Below, piece after piece: positions 38,413 through 48,653 of a stretch of DNA of 64,000 bases. The stretch covers positions 1 to 64,000 of the forward strand of contig JAPDKB010000007.1 in the NCBI GenBank assembly GCA_029258795.1. The letters run 5' to 3'. A program made the position numbers and the translations under genes. Every line of letters starts with the position of its first letter. Position 1 is the first letter of the stretch. Source of the stretch: an archaeon. Its GTDB lineage: Archaea; EX4484-52; WAPT01. The notes beneath the pieces are model-generated. The model saw nothing but the letters and a program-made list of their open reading frames with translations. It ran no database searches and was not told the origin of the DNA.

Positions 38413-39519
38413 TCACTCCGGCCCTTCCAGCTTTTCAAACCTGTCCTTGAACTTCTCGAGCACGTGAGGCAGTGTGGTGTACTCCATCTCGTCAGCGCTG
38501 AGCCTGTGTGGCTCGAACGGTCCGTGCCTTCTGATGTAATCAGCAACGAAATTGGCTGTCTCTCTTGCTCTGTCAAATGCCGGGTCATCGAACATGTCAA
38601 TTGGACCATCGAGCATTCCGTTACAGAGCTGGAATCCGGCTGCTATGACACGCGGAGGTCCGTCAAACCTTGAAGGAGTTGCGTGCTTGAAGCTCACAGG
38701 CATTAATGGACCGTGGTGGCTGCCGCGCATCCACCCTGCAACCATGTGAGGGAAAGCAAATGGCTCAAGCACCTCACCCACTGCGGGGAAACCACTCTGG
38801 CATCTCACTATCATGACAGGGTCGTCCTTGCCAACGTACTTGCCTGCCATGAGGTTCAATCTCTGGGTTGAGGTTACTGCCGCCACCTCGCCATCACTCT
38901 TCCTGAACACGCTTTTTATCACGTATCTGCTGGGCTGACCGATTAGGGCAAGTAGATCATACATTTCTTCCGGCACATTGAACCTTATCTTTTTGTGCTC
39001 GATCACATCATGCACCTCAAAGATGAAGCCATCATGCATTTTTGGATCTATCACAAGACCTGCTGTGTTGAATGGATCCGCGAATATCCTGAATAGAGGC
39101 ATGTTCCATGCTCCCGGCTCCGTCTTATCAGCCATGAAAACGATTACCGGTTCGGAGGGTCTCTCCTCAAAAGCCATTTCAGCCACGCCCGGCCCCATAC
39201 CTTTCACATTACCGCTGAACGTGTCCTTGAGTAAGTCCTGACCGGCTCCGTAGAGCTTTTTCTCCTTCGCAACCTCTGTAGCTGCAAGAAAAGTATCCCA
39301 TGCCGCTTTGTGTATCTCCTCGTTCTCTATGAACTTATCATGCGTCATGATAAGCTGGAGATCATCACCGCATGCCATGACCCTGTAGTCAAAGATCACT
39401 CCTTCCTCTTTCTTTTGTTCCAGTACTTCTCTTGCCTTCTCCATCAGTGCGTAATGCACGCGAGAGTGGCCAACAAGGCCACCAACATCCGCCTTTATTA
39501 CGGACAGCGTTACTTTCAT
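38413..39519 (-). CDS. fbp: bifunctional fructose-1,6-bisphosphate aldolase/phosphatase
   Basis: IKADVG, GDDLQL, YGAGQDL, DKTEPGAWN, YVGKDDP, GWMRGSH, RFDGPPR, MEYTTL. Confidence 0.97.
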   Translation of the reverse strand: MKVTLSVIKADVGGLVGHSRVHYALMEKAREVLEQKKEEGVIFDYRVMACGDDLQLIMTHDKFIENEEIHKAAWDTFLAATEVAKEKKLYGAGQDLLKDTFSGNVKGMGPGVAEMAFEERPSEPVIVFMADKTEPGAWNMPLFRIFADPFNTAGLVIDPKMHDGFIFEVHDVIEHKKIRFNVPEEMYDLLALIGQPSRYVIKSVFRKSDGEVAAVTSTQRLNLMAGKYVGKDDPVMIVRCQSGFPAVGEVLEPFAFPHMVAGWMRGSHHGPLMPVSFKHATPSRFDGPPRVIAAGFQLCNGMLDGPIDMFDDPAFDRARETANFVADYIRRHGPFEPHRLSADEMEYTTLPHVLEKFKDRFEKLEGPE

Positions 39520-39535
39520 TTTATCACCTCCATCA

Positions 39536-41611
39536 TTATTTGATAAAGCACTTGATCATGTTACGCTTAGATGGCTTGAAAACAGCCACATTACCCTCAT
39601 ACACTTTATCATTTATACTTATCATCTCCACATCTTTCGGCATGATGAGTTTGCACTTACAGTTTGGCTTCTTATCGAACACAATCTCCATCTGATAAAG
39701 ATGTGAGAGCTTTGCAGCGGTCAAGCTGAAATTCTCACCCAGCATTCTCAACTTCCCACGCTTCCAGAACCGAATACCTGCGGGAAATTTGGGAGATACT
39801 ACTATGCAGTTTTCTTCCGCATCCACACCCATCAGGAAGCGATCAACTATGAACGGCACGAGAGACACGCTCCAGAGCTGAGCTCCCGCTCCGACCAGCT
39901 CACCTGTTTCGGAATTCCACGCTTCTCCCACAAACCCTATATGACCTCTATCCACATCCGCAAGCAGCTTTCTCAGCAAAATGATGCCGTGATGGAGTTC
40001 GCCGGCCATAAAGCACGTGGCACTTCCAAGCAATGTGGTGAAACCCCACGCACTTCCTCTGTGATAACTCCAGCTCCAGTATTTTGCATCGAGGTTAGAG
40101 AGTGTTCTTATTCCATAATCGCATTCGAGCTCCTCCTTCATCTTTCTCACGATGGCTTTGAGCTCGTGTTTTGTGTAAGCGCCAAAAAGTGCGGCTATCA
40201 TGCAGTTAGGAGTTACGGAAGCATCCACCACTCTCCCAAAGGAATCAAACGGATACATGAAATCGTTGTTCCAGTAAAACTTTCTGAACGCGGTTTCAAG
40301 CTCCTTCGAAAGCTTCCTCTTTCTGTTTCTCAAAGCCTTCCACCACATGGATTGAATTTCCACTGCTGTTGGCCCTCTGCTTATCGAGTCCATCCACGTT
40401 TCGTTTCCCTTGTGAATGACAAAATTCTGCTCCACTTCAAGCGATTTAAGCACTTTATTTTCCACATTCTTGATAAAAGGAAGAGCGATGCCACTGATTT
40501 TTTCGTATTCATCAGCCACAAGAAGGAAAAGCGGAGAAACATCAGCGCCATGATATAAAGCTTCCACATGATTAACATCCAATGTGAGAGTGCATGGCAC
40601 TCTGTTCTTGGTGTTCTTGGCTAACAGCTCCATAATTTTACCGGCTTCTTCGTCCATGCCGAGAGAGAGTAAAGAGAGAGCAGAAAAGAGATTGTCTCTA
40701 CCCCACATCTCGATAAACCATGGGTATCCCGAAATCAAATAAGTTCTATCATCCTTTTCATATAGAAATGAATCCATATTCAGGAGAGCGATCTTGAACA
40801 TCGTGTTGAGAGATTCATCATTGGAAATCAAGACGTTTCTCCTCAGAAGTTCGAGGACGTGCTTGACTCTTTCCTTCATCAGCTTTCTCCAGTCGGCTAT
40901 GCATGCATCTAAGCTATCGATCGCTTCCCTCTTTCTGAACCCTGCTGCCAGCACAAACGGTAAGTAGTAAGTTTCATGAGGAGCCAGTGTAAATTTCACA
41001 ACATAGCTTGCGGGCAAAAAGCATTTCTGTAGCTCTCCCGAAGGATAATGCTCTTTGTAATGAAGAATGGGAGTTATCTTAATATCCAGCGCCTCTTCCA
41101 TGAAATCACTGCCATAGCACGCATAAAGTCCATCATCACTCCTCACTATAACACTCTTTCTCTTACTTTCAACTTCAACATCATACTTCCTCAAATTGAA
41201 TTCTTCCTGCTTCCGTCTGATGTTAACTGCGACCTCTGCCCCCACCTCCACATCCCTTTCCTCATTACTCTCATTCGTGAACTTGAGAAGCACGACGAGC
41301 GAGTTCTGGTTTAAAGGCACGAAAAGAATCTCCTCCACCTCAACATCATCGTTCATACTGTTTTCAAGCCGATATTTGTGAGTTGCACTATAATAACAAT
41401 ATTTAGTTTCAGTTATATTCTGAGGAGAAAGCCACTCATCGTTGATCTTGAAAGCGAAATATTCGTAGAATTTGAATGGTGGCTTCCATATTCCACACCA
41501 CTTGTTCACAAATCCATTATTCGTGCATCGATAAAGAAACAGTTTTCTTCCTGAAAGGGAGTAAAATGATCGATGAATTTTCTCCCCTTTCACGACATAA
41601 TGCGGTAACAT
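39536..41611 (-). CDS. amylo-alpha-1,6-glucosidase / glycogen debranching enzyme (GH133-like)
   Basis: GYPWF..WGRD, ETWMD, VEIQ, YHRGSAW, GEAW, QLWS. Confidence 0.85.
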   Translation of the reverse strand: MLPHYVVKGEKIHRSFYSLSGRKLFLYRCTNNGFVNKWCGIWKPPFKFYEYFAFKINDEWLSPQNITETKYCYYSATHKYRLENSMNDDVEVEEILFVPLNQNSLVVLLKFTNESNEERDVEVGAEVAVNIRRKQEEFNLRKYDVEVESKRKSVIVRSDDGLYACYGSDFMEEALDIKITPILHYKEHYPSGELQKCFLPASYVVKFTLAPHETYYLPFVLAAGFRKREAIDSLDACIADWRKLMKERVKHVLELLRRNVLISNDESLNTMFKIALLNMDSFLYEKDDRTYLISGYPWFIEMWGRDNLFSALSLLSLGMDEEAGKIMELLAKNTKNRVPCTLTLDVNHVEALYHGADVSPLFLLVADEYEKISGIALPFIKNVENKVLKSLEVEQNFVIHKGNETWMDSISRGPTAVEIQSMWWKALRNRKRKLSKELETAFRKFYWNNDFMYPFDSFGRVVDASVTPNCMIAALFGAYTKHELKAIVRKMKEELECDYGIRTLSNLDAKYWSWSYHRGSAWGFTTLLGSATCFMAGELHHGIILLRKLLADVDRGHIGFVGEAWNSETGELVGAGAQLWSVSLVPFIVDRFLMGVDAEENCIVVSPKFPAGIRFWKRGKLRMLGENFSLTAAKLSHLYQMEIVFDKKPNCKCKLIMPKDVEMISINDKVYEGNVAVFKPSKRNMIKCFIK

Positions 41612-41744
41612 GATGTAAATTAGCGGTAGAAAATCTTATATACTTATTGTTCCCAAAATAAAAACCATAAAGTACAAAGATTTGCCATCACGGCAAAATC
41701 GTAGCATTAAATCATCACTACCAAATAATGAACTCGTGATTTTT

Positions 41745-43589
41745 ATGGAACAGAAAGCTAAATTCGTGTTTGAGGTTTCTTATGAGGTGTGCAATAAAGT
41801 TGGGGGCATCCACACCGTCATTTCTTCAAAAGCCCAGTTCATGAAGGACGTGTATGGTGATAATTACATAGCAATCGGTCCATATTTTGAGGAGAAAGCA
41901 AAAATGGAGTTTGATGAAACAAAATGTCCACATGCATTTCTGGAGGAAGCCATAAAAGAGATGAAAGATGCAGGAATAGAATGCAAATTCGGTGTTTGGC
42001 GAGTGCCCGGCAATCCGTATGCTGTTCTGGTGGATTATCGTGCGGTCATGGATATCAAAAATGCTGTTAAGGGTAAGTTCTGGGAGCTTTACGGCATCGA
42101 CTCCATAAGATCTGGAATGGATTACGATGAACCCCTTATGTGGAGTTACGCATGCGGCATTCTGATAGAAAAAATGCTGGAGAAGATGAAGCACGATGAA
42201 AAAAAGAGAGTGGTGGTGCATCTCCATGAATGGTTGAGTGGCGGCACATTGTTTTACCTTAAGATGAGGGACATAGACGTGCCTGTTGTTTTCACCACTC
42301 ATGCGACCATGCTGGGTAGAACGCTTGCACACCATCTCCACAACTTTCATGAGGTGGTGGAGTCGGGATTAAAGGAAGGGAAAGTGGTTGATGAGAAGAT
42401 GGCATACAAATTCTGGATGGAGGCAAAGCACCAAACAGAAAGAAAGTGTGCTGAGCTTGCAACGGTTTTCACTACCGTCTCCGACACCATGGTTGAGGAG
42501 TGCATGTTCATTCTGGGGAGAAGACCTGATCTTGTTCTCCCAAACGGGCTGGATATGAGGAGTTTCCCTTCCATAGAAATGATCACATATTTGCATGTGA
42601 TGAATAAACAAAAGTTGCTGGATTTTGCAAGGGGATACTTTAGCCCGTATTACGAAATAAAAACGGACGGTACGAGATTCATATTCATCTCTGGAAGGTA
42701 CGAGTTCAGGAATAAGGGCATAGATATTTTCATTCGTGCTCTGGGGAAAGTGAACAGAATGTTGAAGGCAGAGGGGTGCAAAACGGATTACTTTGCATTG
42801 ATTCTGGTGCCTTCTGGAGTAAAGGCAGAACGTCAGGACGTGCTCGAGAACATCTCCCTTTATAGAGGTATAAAGGACTACATGGAAGAAATACTGGAGC
42901 GTGTGGAAGATAGATTCATGGATGTGGTGACAAACAGGAGAAAGGGCGACATAGCCTCACGCATAAGAAACGTGCTGACGGAGGAAGAGCGGTTGAAACT
43001 GAGAAAGCTTTCCCTCTCGTTCCAATCAAGAACAGAGGATCGTGCACCACTCACACCTTTCGTCTTGAATTACGAGGAAAAGGATGATATCATTCTCAAT
43101 GAGCTAAAAAAAGAAGGTCTTCTCAACAGAAAGGAGGATAAGATTAAGGTTGTGTTCTATCCTTCTTACCTCTCCATCACCGATCGTTTGCTCGGCATGG
43201 ATTACAAATCCGTTGTGATGGGTTGTAGTGTGGGTATCTTTCCTTCATATTATGAGCCATGGGGCTACACACCTCTTGAAACGGCAGCGTTGGGGGTTGT
43301 TGCCATTACGACTGATTTTGCTGGATTTGGTAGGGCTGTAATGAAGCTGGAGGAAGTGGATAAAGATGGTATCATCGTGCTGAAAAGAAAAGGTAAGAGT
43401 GATGAGGAGGTTGTGGAAGAGCTTGCTTCACATATTTACACACTTCTCAAATCTCCAAAGGAAAGAATAGGTGTGCTAAAACATCATGCGGTGGAGCTTT
43501 CCAGACATTTTGACTGGAATGTGCTTGGGTGGAGATACATCGAAGCGCATAATTTGGCGATTGATAAAGTGAGTAAGGAAGGCACTTAA
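41745..43589 (+). CDS. GT3-family glycogen synthase
   Basis: FEVSYEVCNKVGGIHTV, HEW, TTHATMLGR, SGRYEFRNKG, PSYYEPWGYTPLE. Confidence 0.94.
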   Translation: MEQKAKFVFEVSYEVCNKVGGIHTVISSKAQFMKDVYGDNYIAIGPYFEEKAKMEFDETKCPHAFLEEAIKEMKDAGIECKFGVWRVPGNPYAVLVDYRAVMDIKNAVKGKFWELYGIDSIRSGMDYDEPLMWSYACGILIEKMLEKMKHDEKKRVVVHLHEWLSGGTLFYLKMRDIDVPVVFTTHATMLGRTLAHHLHNFHEVVESGLKEGKVVDEKMAYKFWMEAKHQTERKCAELATVFTTVSDTMVEECMFILGRRPDLVLPNGLDMRSFPSIEMITYLHVMNKQKLLDFARGYFSPYYEIKTDGTRFIFISGRYEFRNKGIDIFIRALGKVNRMLKAEGCKTDYFALILVPSGVKAERQDVLENISLYRGIKDYMEEILERVEDRFMDVVTNRRKGDIASRIRNVLTEEERLKLRKLSLSFQSRTEDRAPLTPFVLNYEEKDDIILNELKKEGLLNRKEDKIKVVFYPSYLSITDRLLGMDYKSVVMGCSVGIFPSYYEPWGYTPLETAALGVVAITTDFAGFGRAVMKLEEVDKDGIIVLKRKGKSDEEVVEELASHIYTLLKSPKERIGVLKHHAVELSRHFDWNVLGWRYIEAHNLAIDKVSKEGT

Positions 43590-43612
43590 AGATTGTTGGA
43601 GGGTATGAGAGC

Positions 43613-44335
43613 ATGGAGGAGCAGGCGCTGAGCAGGAAGATCGCAGAGAAGATAATAAAAAGACTGGGTGTGGATGAGAAGGACATCGAATATGGAAAGA
43701 AGCCAAAAACAGTAGTGCTTATAACCCCTGATTTCTTTCCAAGAATGAGTAATGAGATAGCATACACAACTAAAGAAATTGCTCAGCATCTCGCCTCAAG
43801 AAACCTAAACGTGCATGTTGTGAGCTACGATCCGTGGAAAGCCGAGCAAAAAGAGAGTTTTGCAGGTTTTACCGTGCATTATGTCAACAATCCTGTGAGG
43901 GCATACTCCCCATTAACATGGACTCTCACCTTATCCATGGAAGTCAGCAGGGTCATTGCAGATATATTTCATGAGGAGGGCAATATAGACCTCATACATG
44001 CTCACGAATGGTTGAGCTTTCCTGCTGGCATTCATTTGCAGGCAGCCCTGAAAAAACCGTTGCTTGTAAACTATTACTCCATCGAACATATAAGAACACC
44101 GGGAGTATGTAATGGTTATACAGAGGCAGTAAAGCAAATTGAGTGGCTGGCGAGCTACGAATCAAGAAGAATATTTGTGAATCAGGAATGGTTAAAGAAC
44201 CTACTCCACATGCATTACAGCACGCCGTATGATAAAGTGAATGTCGTGAATCCGGAGGATAAGGAGTTTGATAGAAAAATTTTGCGCGATTACACATGGG
44301 TGATGAGGCAATGGAGAGAAATGATGGAGAAATAA
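43613..44335 (+). CDS. GT4 N-terminal-domain-only protein
   Basis: DLIHAHEWL; colinear with the N-terminal half of the next gene; no nucleotide-sugar-binding C-domain. Confidence 0.78.
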   Translation: MEEQALSRKIAEKIIKRLGVDEKDIEYGKKPKTVVLITPDFFPRMSNEIAYTTKEIAQHLASRNLNVHVVSYDPWKAEQKESFAGFTVHYVNNPVRAYSPLTWTLTLSMEVSRVIADIFHEEGNIDLIHAHEWLSFPAGIHLQAALKKPLLVNYYSIEHIRTPGVCNGYTEAVKQIEWLASYESRRIFVNQEWLKNLLHMHYSTPYDKVNVVNPEDKEFDRKILRDYTWVMRQWREMMEK

Positions 44336-45570
44336 CTGTGTTGCATCTGAGCTGGGAGTTTCCGCCTTTCAAAGTTGGAGGGCTGGGTACGCACGTTTAC
44401 AATCTGAGCAGAGCTCAGGCGAAAGTGGGGTTGAAGCCCATTGTGCTCACCTGCGGATTTAACGGACTCTATGGAAAGGAGGAAACGAAGGATGGCGTTA
44501 CCATCTACCGGATAAACGCGGACAACATTCCTGCTGAAGATTTTTTCTCTTGGGTTCTGCAGATGAACATGCTTTTGCAGATCGAGGCTGCAAGGATTTT
44601 CCGTGAGAACAGAATAAGCATAATTCATGCTCATGACTGGCTCGTGACCACGACAGCAGTTGCGCTAAAACACATATATCGTGTGCCGTTGGTGGGGACC
44701 ATCCATGCTCTTGAAAGCGGAAGGTATGGTGGGATAAGAGGAGATAGGCAGGTGTTGATTCATGATCTGGAAGCCAAACTTGTTTTTGAAGCGTGGCGTG
44801 TCATCTGCTGCTCCAACTTCATGAAGTACAGTGTTGTAAGCACCTTCGGCACGCCAGAGAACAAGATTGATGTCGTGCCCAATGGTGTGAATGCTCAGGA
44901 CTTTGACTTCGAGTTTGATGAGGAGGAGTTCAAATCAAGATACGCTTTACCCGATGAAAAAATCGTGCTGTTTGTGGGGAGACATGTTTGGGAAAAGGGT
45001 CTTGACATTCTGATGGGAGCTGTGCCGATGATCTTGGCAAAGCATCCTGAAGCCAAATTTGTGGTCACGGGAGACGGTTATCTTAAGCCCAAATGTGAGG
45101 AACTCGCAAGGCAGAACGCGCCTGAAGGAAAGGTGCTCTTCACGGGCTACGTGGACGATGACACACTCAAAAAGCTGATGAGAGTGGCAAGCGTTATAGT
45201 TGTACCCTCCCGATACGAGCCATTCGGCATAGTTGCTCTTGAAAGCATGGCGGCAAGAACGCCTGTGGTGGTGGCAGATACAGGGGGGCTTGGAGAGATT
45301 GTGGAGCACGATAAAACCGGCATAAAGGTGTGGGTGGATAATTCCGAGTCGGTGGCGTGGGGTGTCAATTACGTTCTTGATGAAGCCAACGCACAGAAGA
45401 TTAAGGAGATTGTGGATACCGCACATAAAATTGTCCGAGAAAAATACAACTGGGAATATATTGCTAAAGGAACAAAGTCCGTGTACAGCAGAGTGCTCGA
45501 AGAGTATGAGCAGATAACTTGGAAGCCCAGACCGGAAATATTTGGGTGGAGAGAAATTGAAACTGCGTGA
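44311..45570 (+). CDS. GT4 glycosyltransferase
   Basis: WEFPP..GGLGTH, HAHDW, TIHALE, GRHVWEKG, PSRYEPFGIVALE. Confidence 0.93.
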   Translation: MERNDGEITVLHLSWEFPPFKVGGLGTHVYNLSRAQAKVGLKPIVLTCGFNGLYGKEETKDGVTIYRINADNIPAEDFFSWVLQMNMLLQIEAARIFRENRISIIHAHDWLVTTTAVALKHIYRVPLVGTIHALESGRYGGIRGDRQVLIHDLEAKLVFEAWRVICCSNFMKYSVVSTFGTPENKIDVVPNGVNAQDFDFEFDEEEFKSRYALPDEKIVLFVGRHVWEKGLDILMGAVPMILAKHPEAKFVVTGDGYLKPKCEELARQNAPEGKVLFTGYVDDDTLKKLMRVASVIVVPSRYEPFGIVALESMAARTPVVVADTGGLGEIVEHDKTGIKVWVDNSESVAWGVNYVLDEANAQKIKEIVDTAHKIVREKYNWEYIAKGTKSVYSRVLEEYEQITWKPRPEIFGWREIETA

Positions 45571-45648
45571 GGTTTTGGCACTGCGGGAGAGTCGATATAC
45601 TAACAATATAAATATCACAGGATTTTACGGATCGAGTAGTGGTGTGCT

Positions 45649-46926
45649 ATGGTATCTGTTTGCTTCTACTTCGAGGTTCATCAGCCGCGCAGGTTGAAGC
45701 CGGGATGGAGGATAAAGCTGGAGGGAGTTGAAAGCTTTGAGGAGTTTGAGAAAGCGATATTTGATGAGGATACGAATGAAAGGATAATGAAAAAAGTTGC
45801 ATCCAAATGCTATCTCCCGACCAACAAGCTCATTCTAACTCTGGTGGATAATTATCGGAAACAAAAAAAGAAGTTCAAGGTTAGCTATTCTCTCTCCGGA
45901 GTATTTCTGGAACAGGCCCAGAAGTACGTTCCGGATGTTGTTGAAAGCTTCAGATGGCTGGCCGATACTGGCTGTGTGGAGTTTCTGGCTGAAACCTATT
46001 ACCACAGCCTCTCCAGCCTGTGGATCAACAACGAGCTCCATGATGAATTTGTCGAGCAGGTGGAGATGCACAAAGCCATGATCAAGGACCTGCTTGGTGT
46101 TGAGCCGAAGGTTTTCAGGAACACGGAACTCATTTTCAACAACGACATAGCCAAGGTTGTGGAAAAAATGGGATTTAAGGCGATGCTTGCTGAGGGGATA
46201 GAGCATGTGCTGAATGGCAAGAGTCCTGAGCATATCTATAAAGCTTACGGCACGAATTTGCCCGTTTTGCTCAGGCATTACAGGCTCAGCGATGATATAA
46301 GCTTTCGGTTTTCTGCAAGGTGGTTTGAAGCTTGGCCTCTAACCGCTGATAAATTCGCGAGCTGGGTGGCTGCATGTCAGGGAGAGGTCATAAATCTATT
46401 CATGGATTACGAAACGTTCGGGGAGCATCAGTGGGAAGATACGGGCATTTTTGAGTTTCTGAAACACCTGCCCTATGAAATTTTCAAGTATGAACATGTC
46501 GATTTTGTAACGATAAGTGAAGCGGTGCAACGATATCCCATTAGAGGCGAGATAGATGTGCCTGGATGGAGCACTATATCGTGGGCTGACCTTGAAAGGG
46601 ATCTCTCAGCATGGCTTGGAAATGAGATGCAGAGAATAGCTTTCAAGGAGCTCGAAAAGATAGGAAAGATGCTGAAGGAGAGAAACATCGAGGAAGCAAG
46701 AAGGTTGTGGCGCTACCTTCAAACATCGGACCATCTCTACTACTGCTGTACCAAACACTGGAGTGATGGTGATGTGCACAAATACTTCAGCCCGTATGGT
46801 ACGCCGCACGAAGCTTTTGAGGGTGTGATGAAGGTGCTCACCCATCTCCAGTATCTCATGAAAAAGAGTTATGAGGAAGATGAAGCTGATCTGGATGTAG
46901 AGGAAAAGGCAATGAGTGCGGAGTGA
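45649..46926 (+). CDS. GH57 alpha-amylase
   Basis: Conserved regions EVHQP, ETYYHS, FRNTEL, MDYETFGEH, LQTSDHLYY. Confidence 0.93.
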   Translation: MVSVCFYFEVHQPRRLKPGWRIKLEGVESFEEFEKAIFDEDTNERIMKKVASKCYLPTNKLILTLVDNYRKQKKKFKVSYSLSGVFLEQAQKYVPDVVESFRWLADTGCVEFLAETYYHSLSSLWINNELHDEFVEQVEMHKAMIKDLLGVEPKVFRNTELIFNNDIAKVVEKMGFKAMLAEGIEHVLNGKSPEHIYKAYGTNLPVLLRHYRLSDDISFRFSARWFEAWPLTADKFASWVAACQGEVINLFMDYETFGEHQWEDTGIFEFLKHLPYEIFKYEHVDFVTISEAVQRYPIRGEIDVPGWSTISWADLERDLSAWLGNEMQRIAFKELEKIGKMLKERNIEEARRLWRYLQTSDHLYYCCTKHWSDGDVHKYFSPYGTPHEAFEGVMKVLTHLQYLMKKSYEEDEADLDVEEKAMSAE

Positions 46927-47300
46927 TTGCAATGGCTCTGGAGGTTTTGATTTCTGAAAGTGAAGACAAAGTGGAGGCGACAATATTCAGCAGAAAGGGG
47001 AATGAGTATGTTGATGTTCAGTTCGTTATTCTTGCAAGGTATGGTGGTAGTGAGGGGAAAGAATTGCTGGACATCCTCTGTTTTCAGGAGGAAGGTGGAG
47101 CGCAGGTTTCACCCATCTTTCACTATTACGCCAGCTTTGAGGATGAGTGTGGGATAAGGAAACTCGCTACCGGAATTTACAGATTGGTTTTGCCGAAATG
47201 CGCCGCTGATGGAAAACAACTGCAAGAGCTTGAGGTTGTGGGTAGTGCCGGCATTGTGCTGAAAAAAATAGAAGTTGGAAGAGTAAGAGGTCACTCATAA
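46923..47300 (+). CDS. hypothetical protein (125 aa)
   Basis: GTGA overlap with the GH57 stop codon suggests translational coupling. Confidence 0.65.
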   Translation: MIAMALEVLISESEDKVEATIFSRKGNEYVDVQFVILARYGGSEGKELLDILCFQEEGGAQVSPIFHYYASFEDECGIRKLATGIYRLVLPKCAADGKQLQELEVVGSAGIVLKKIEVGRVRGHS

Positions 47301-47752
47301 ACCCAGTCAACATCGCATCGCTCATAGTTCAGAATTTCTGATTCGTTAAAAAACAGTTCGATTTCCCTTTTTGCTGTTTCAGGCGAGTCGGAAGCGTGAA
47401 TCAAATTCCTTCCTATGTCCATGGCATAATCATGCCTTATGGTGCCGGGCTCAGCTTCCTGCGGATTCGTTGCTCCGACCATTTTTCGAACACAAGCAAT
47501 GGCGTTCTTGCCCTCAACCACCATCGCCACGATTGGAGCAGAGGTTATGTAGTTGATAAGGCCCTCAAAAAAGGGCTTACCTTTGTGCTGTTCATAATGC
47601 TTTTCCGCAAGCTCATTCGTAACTTTCATCATTTTCATGGCAACAATCTTGAGACCCTTTTCCTCAAATCGTGTGATTATCCTGCCCATAAGGCCGCGCA
47701 TAACTCCGTCGGGCTTTATAAGAACCAGCGTCCTTTCCACACCCTCGCTCAT
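47291..47752 (-). CDS. ndk: nucleoside diphosphate kinase
   Basis: [22 protein letters not shown]. Confidence 0.97.
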   Translation of the reverse strand: MSEGVERTLVLIKPDGVMRGLMGRIITRFEEKGLKIVAMKMMKVTNELAEKHYEQHKGKPFFEGLINYITSAPIVAMVVEGKNAIACVRKMVGATNPQEAEPGTIRHDYAMDIGRNLIHASDSPETAKREIELFFNESEILNYERCDVDWVYE

Positions 47753-47763
47753 GAAATGTCACC

Positions 47764-47970
47764 TCATTTCTTTCCTCCCTTGTGTTTACCCAGCCTCAGC
47801 ATCTTGTTCTTTCGATAGGCCTCAGTCCACCTGACCTTAACCGGATTTCTCATCTGAGCGTTCCTCTCGCACTTTGAACTGCAGTAATAAAACACAGTGC
47901 CATCATTCTTCACAAACATGGTGCCTCTTCCGGGTGGAATTTCCTTCCCACAAAACGAACAGCTCACCAT
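47764..47970 (-). CDS. rpl24e: 50S ribosomal protein L24e
   Basis: CSFCG..IPPGRG...CSSKC...VRWT. Confidence 0.96.
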   Translation of the reverse strand: MVSCSFCGKEIPPGRGTMFVKNDGTVFYYCSSKCERNAQMRNPVKVRWTEAYRKNKMLRLGKHKGGKK

Positions 47971-48020
47971 TTCGTTTCACCCCACATTTCATGGTGTAAA
48001 CTTCTGAAAAATTAAAGGCG

Positions 48021-48215
48021 TCACTCGATTGTACCGACGGTCTCCATTTCCGGCTCTGCTATCATCAAAATATCGCCCTTTCTTACGGGCCCGAGTACGT
48101 TCCTGATTATTACCCTGTCCTTTCTTGGCCCTTCAAGCACTCTACACCTTGCTCTGGTAACGCCTTTTGACCCGCTTCTGTCAATGATTTCTATGACCTC
48201 AACAGGCACAGCCAT
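48021..48215 (-). CDS. rps28e: 30S ribosomal protein S28e
   Basis: [17 protein letters not shown]; gene context. Confidence 0.94.
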   Translation of the reverse strand: MAVPVEVIEIIDRSGSKGVTRARCRVLEGPRKDRVIIRNVLGPVRKGDILMIAEPEMETVGTIE

Positions 48216-48236
48216 GAAACATCACCAATATCTGGT

Positions 48237-48617
48237 TCACTCATTCTTTTTGCCTCTCAATGCTTCAACTTCCTTGATTATTTCAGCCATCTTTTTCTCG
48301 GCTTTTCCCGCATCAACCACAGCAACGGCTGAGGCAGCTACTTCTATACCTGCGGCAGCCCCCAGCTCTTTCTTGCTGGGCACGAATGCATAAGGAACGT
48401 TCTTTTCCTTACAGAGTGGTGGTATGTGCATCACTATTTCTTCCGGATTAACATCCTCTGCCACCACCACAAACTTCGCAAATCCCCTCTCTATGGCTTT
48501 GGTTGTTTCGTTGCTTCCCTTCTTAACAACTCCACCACTTTTCACGATTTCCTCTATCAGATCGTAAATCTTTTCGGCAAGTTCCGCAGGAATCTGCACA
48601 TCCACATACGCTGGCAT
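48237..48617 (-). CDS. rpl7ae: 50S ribosomal protein L7Ae (eL8)
   Basis: KKGSNETTKAIERG, AEDVNPEEIVMH, SKKELGAAAG; ATG 48617 follows SD GAGGTGA. Confidence 0.96.
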   Translation of the reverse strand: MPAYVDVQIPAELAEKIYDLIEEIVKSGGVVKKGSNETTKAIERGFAKFVVVAEDVNPEEIVMHIPPLCKEKNVPYAFVPSKKELGAAAGIEVAASAVAVVDAGKAEKKMAEIIKEVEALRGKKNE

Positions 48618-48653
48618 GTTCATCACCTCTTTTCATCAGCTCATCAAAACATG
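48615..48653 (-). promoter_or_regulatory. predicted kink-turn in the rpl7ae 5' leader (autoregulatory site)
   Basis: CAUGU-UUU-GAUGA...UGAUGA-ACAUG: 5-bp stem, 3-nt bulge, tandem G.A/A.G and U.U pairs; encloses SD and AUG. Confidence 0.65.
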
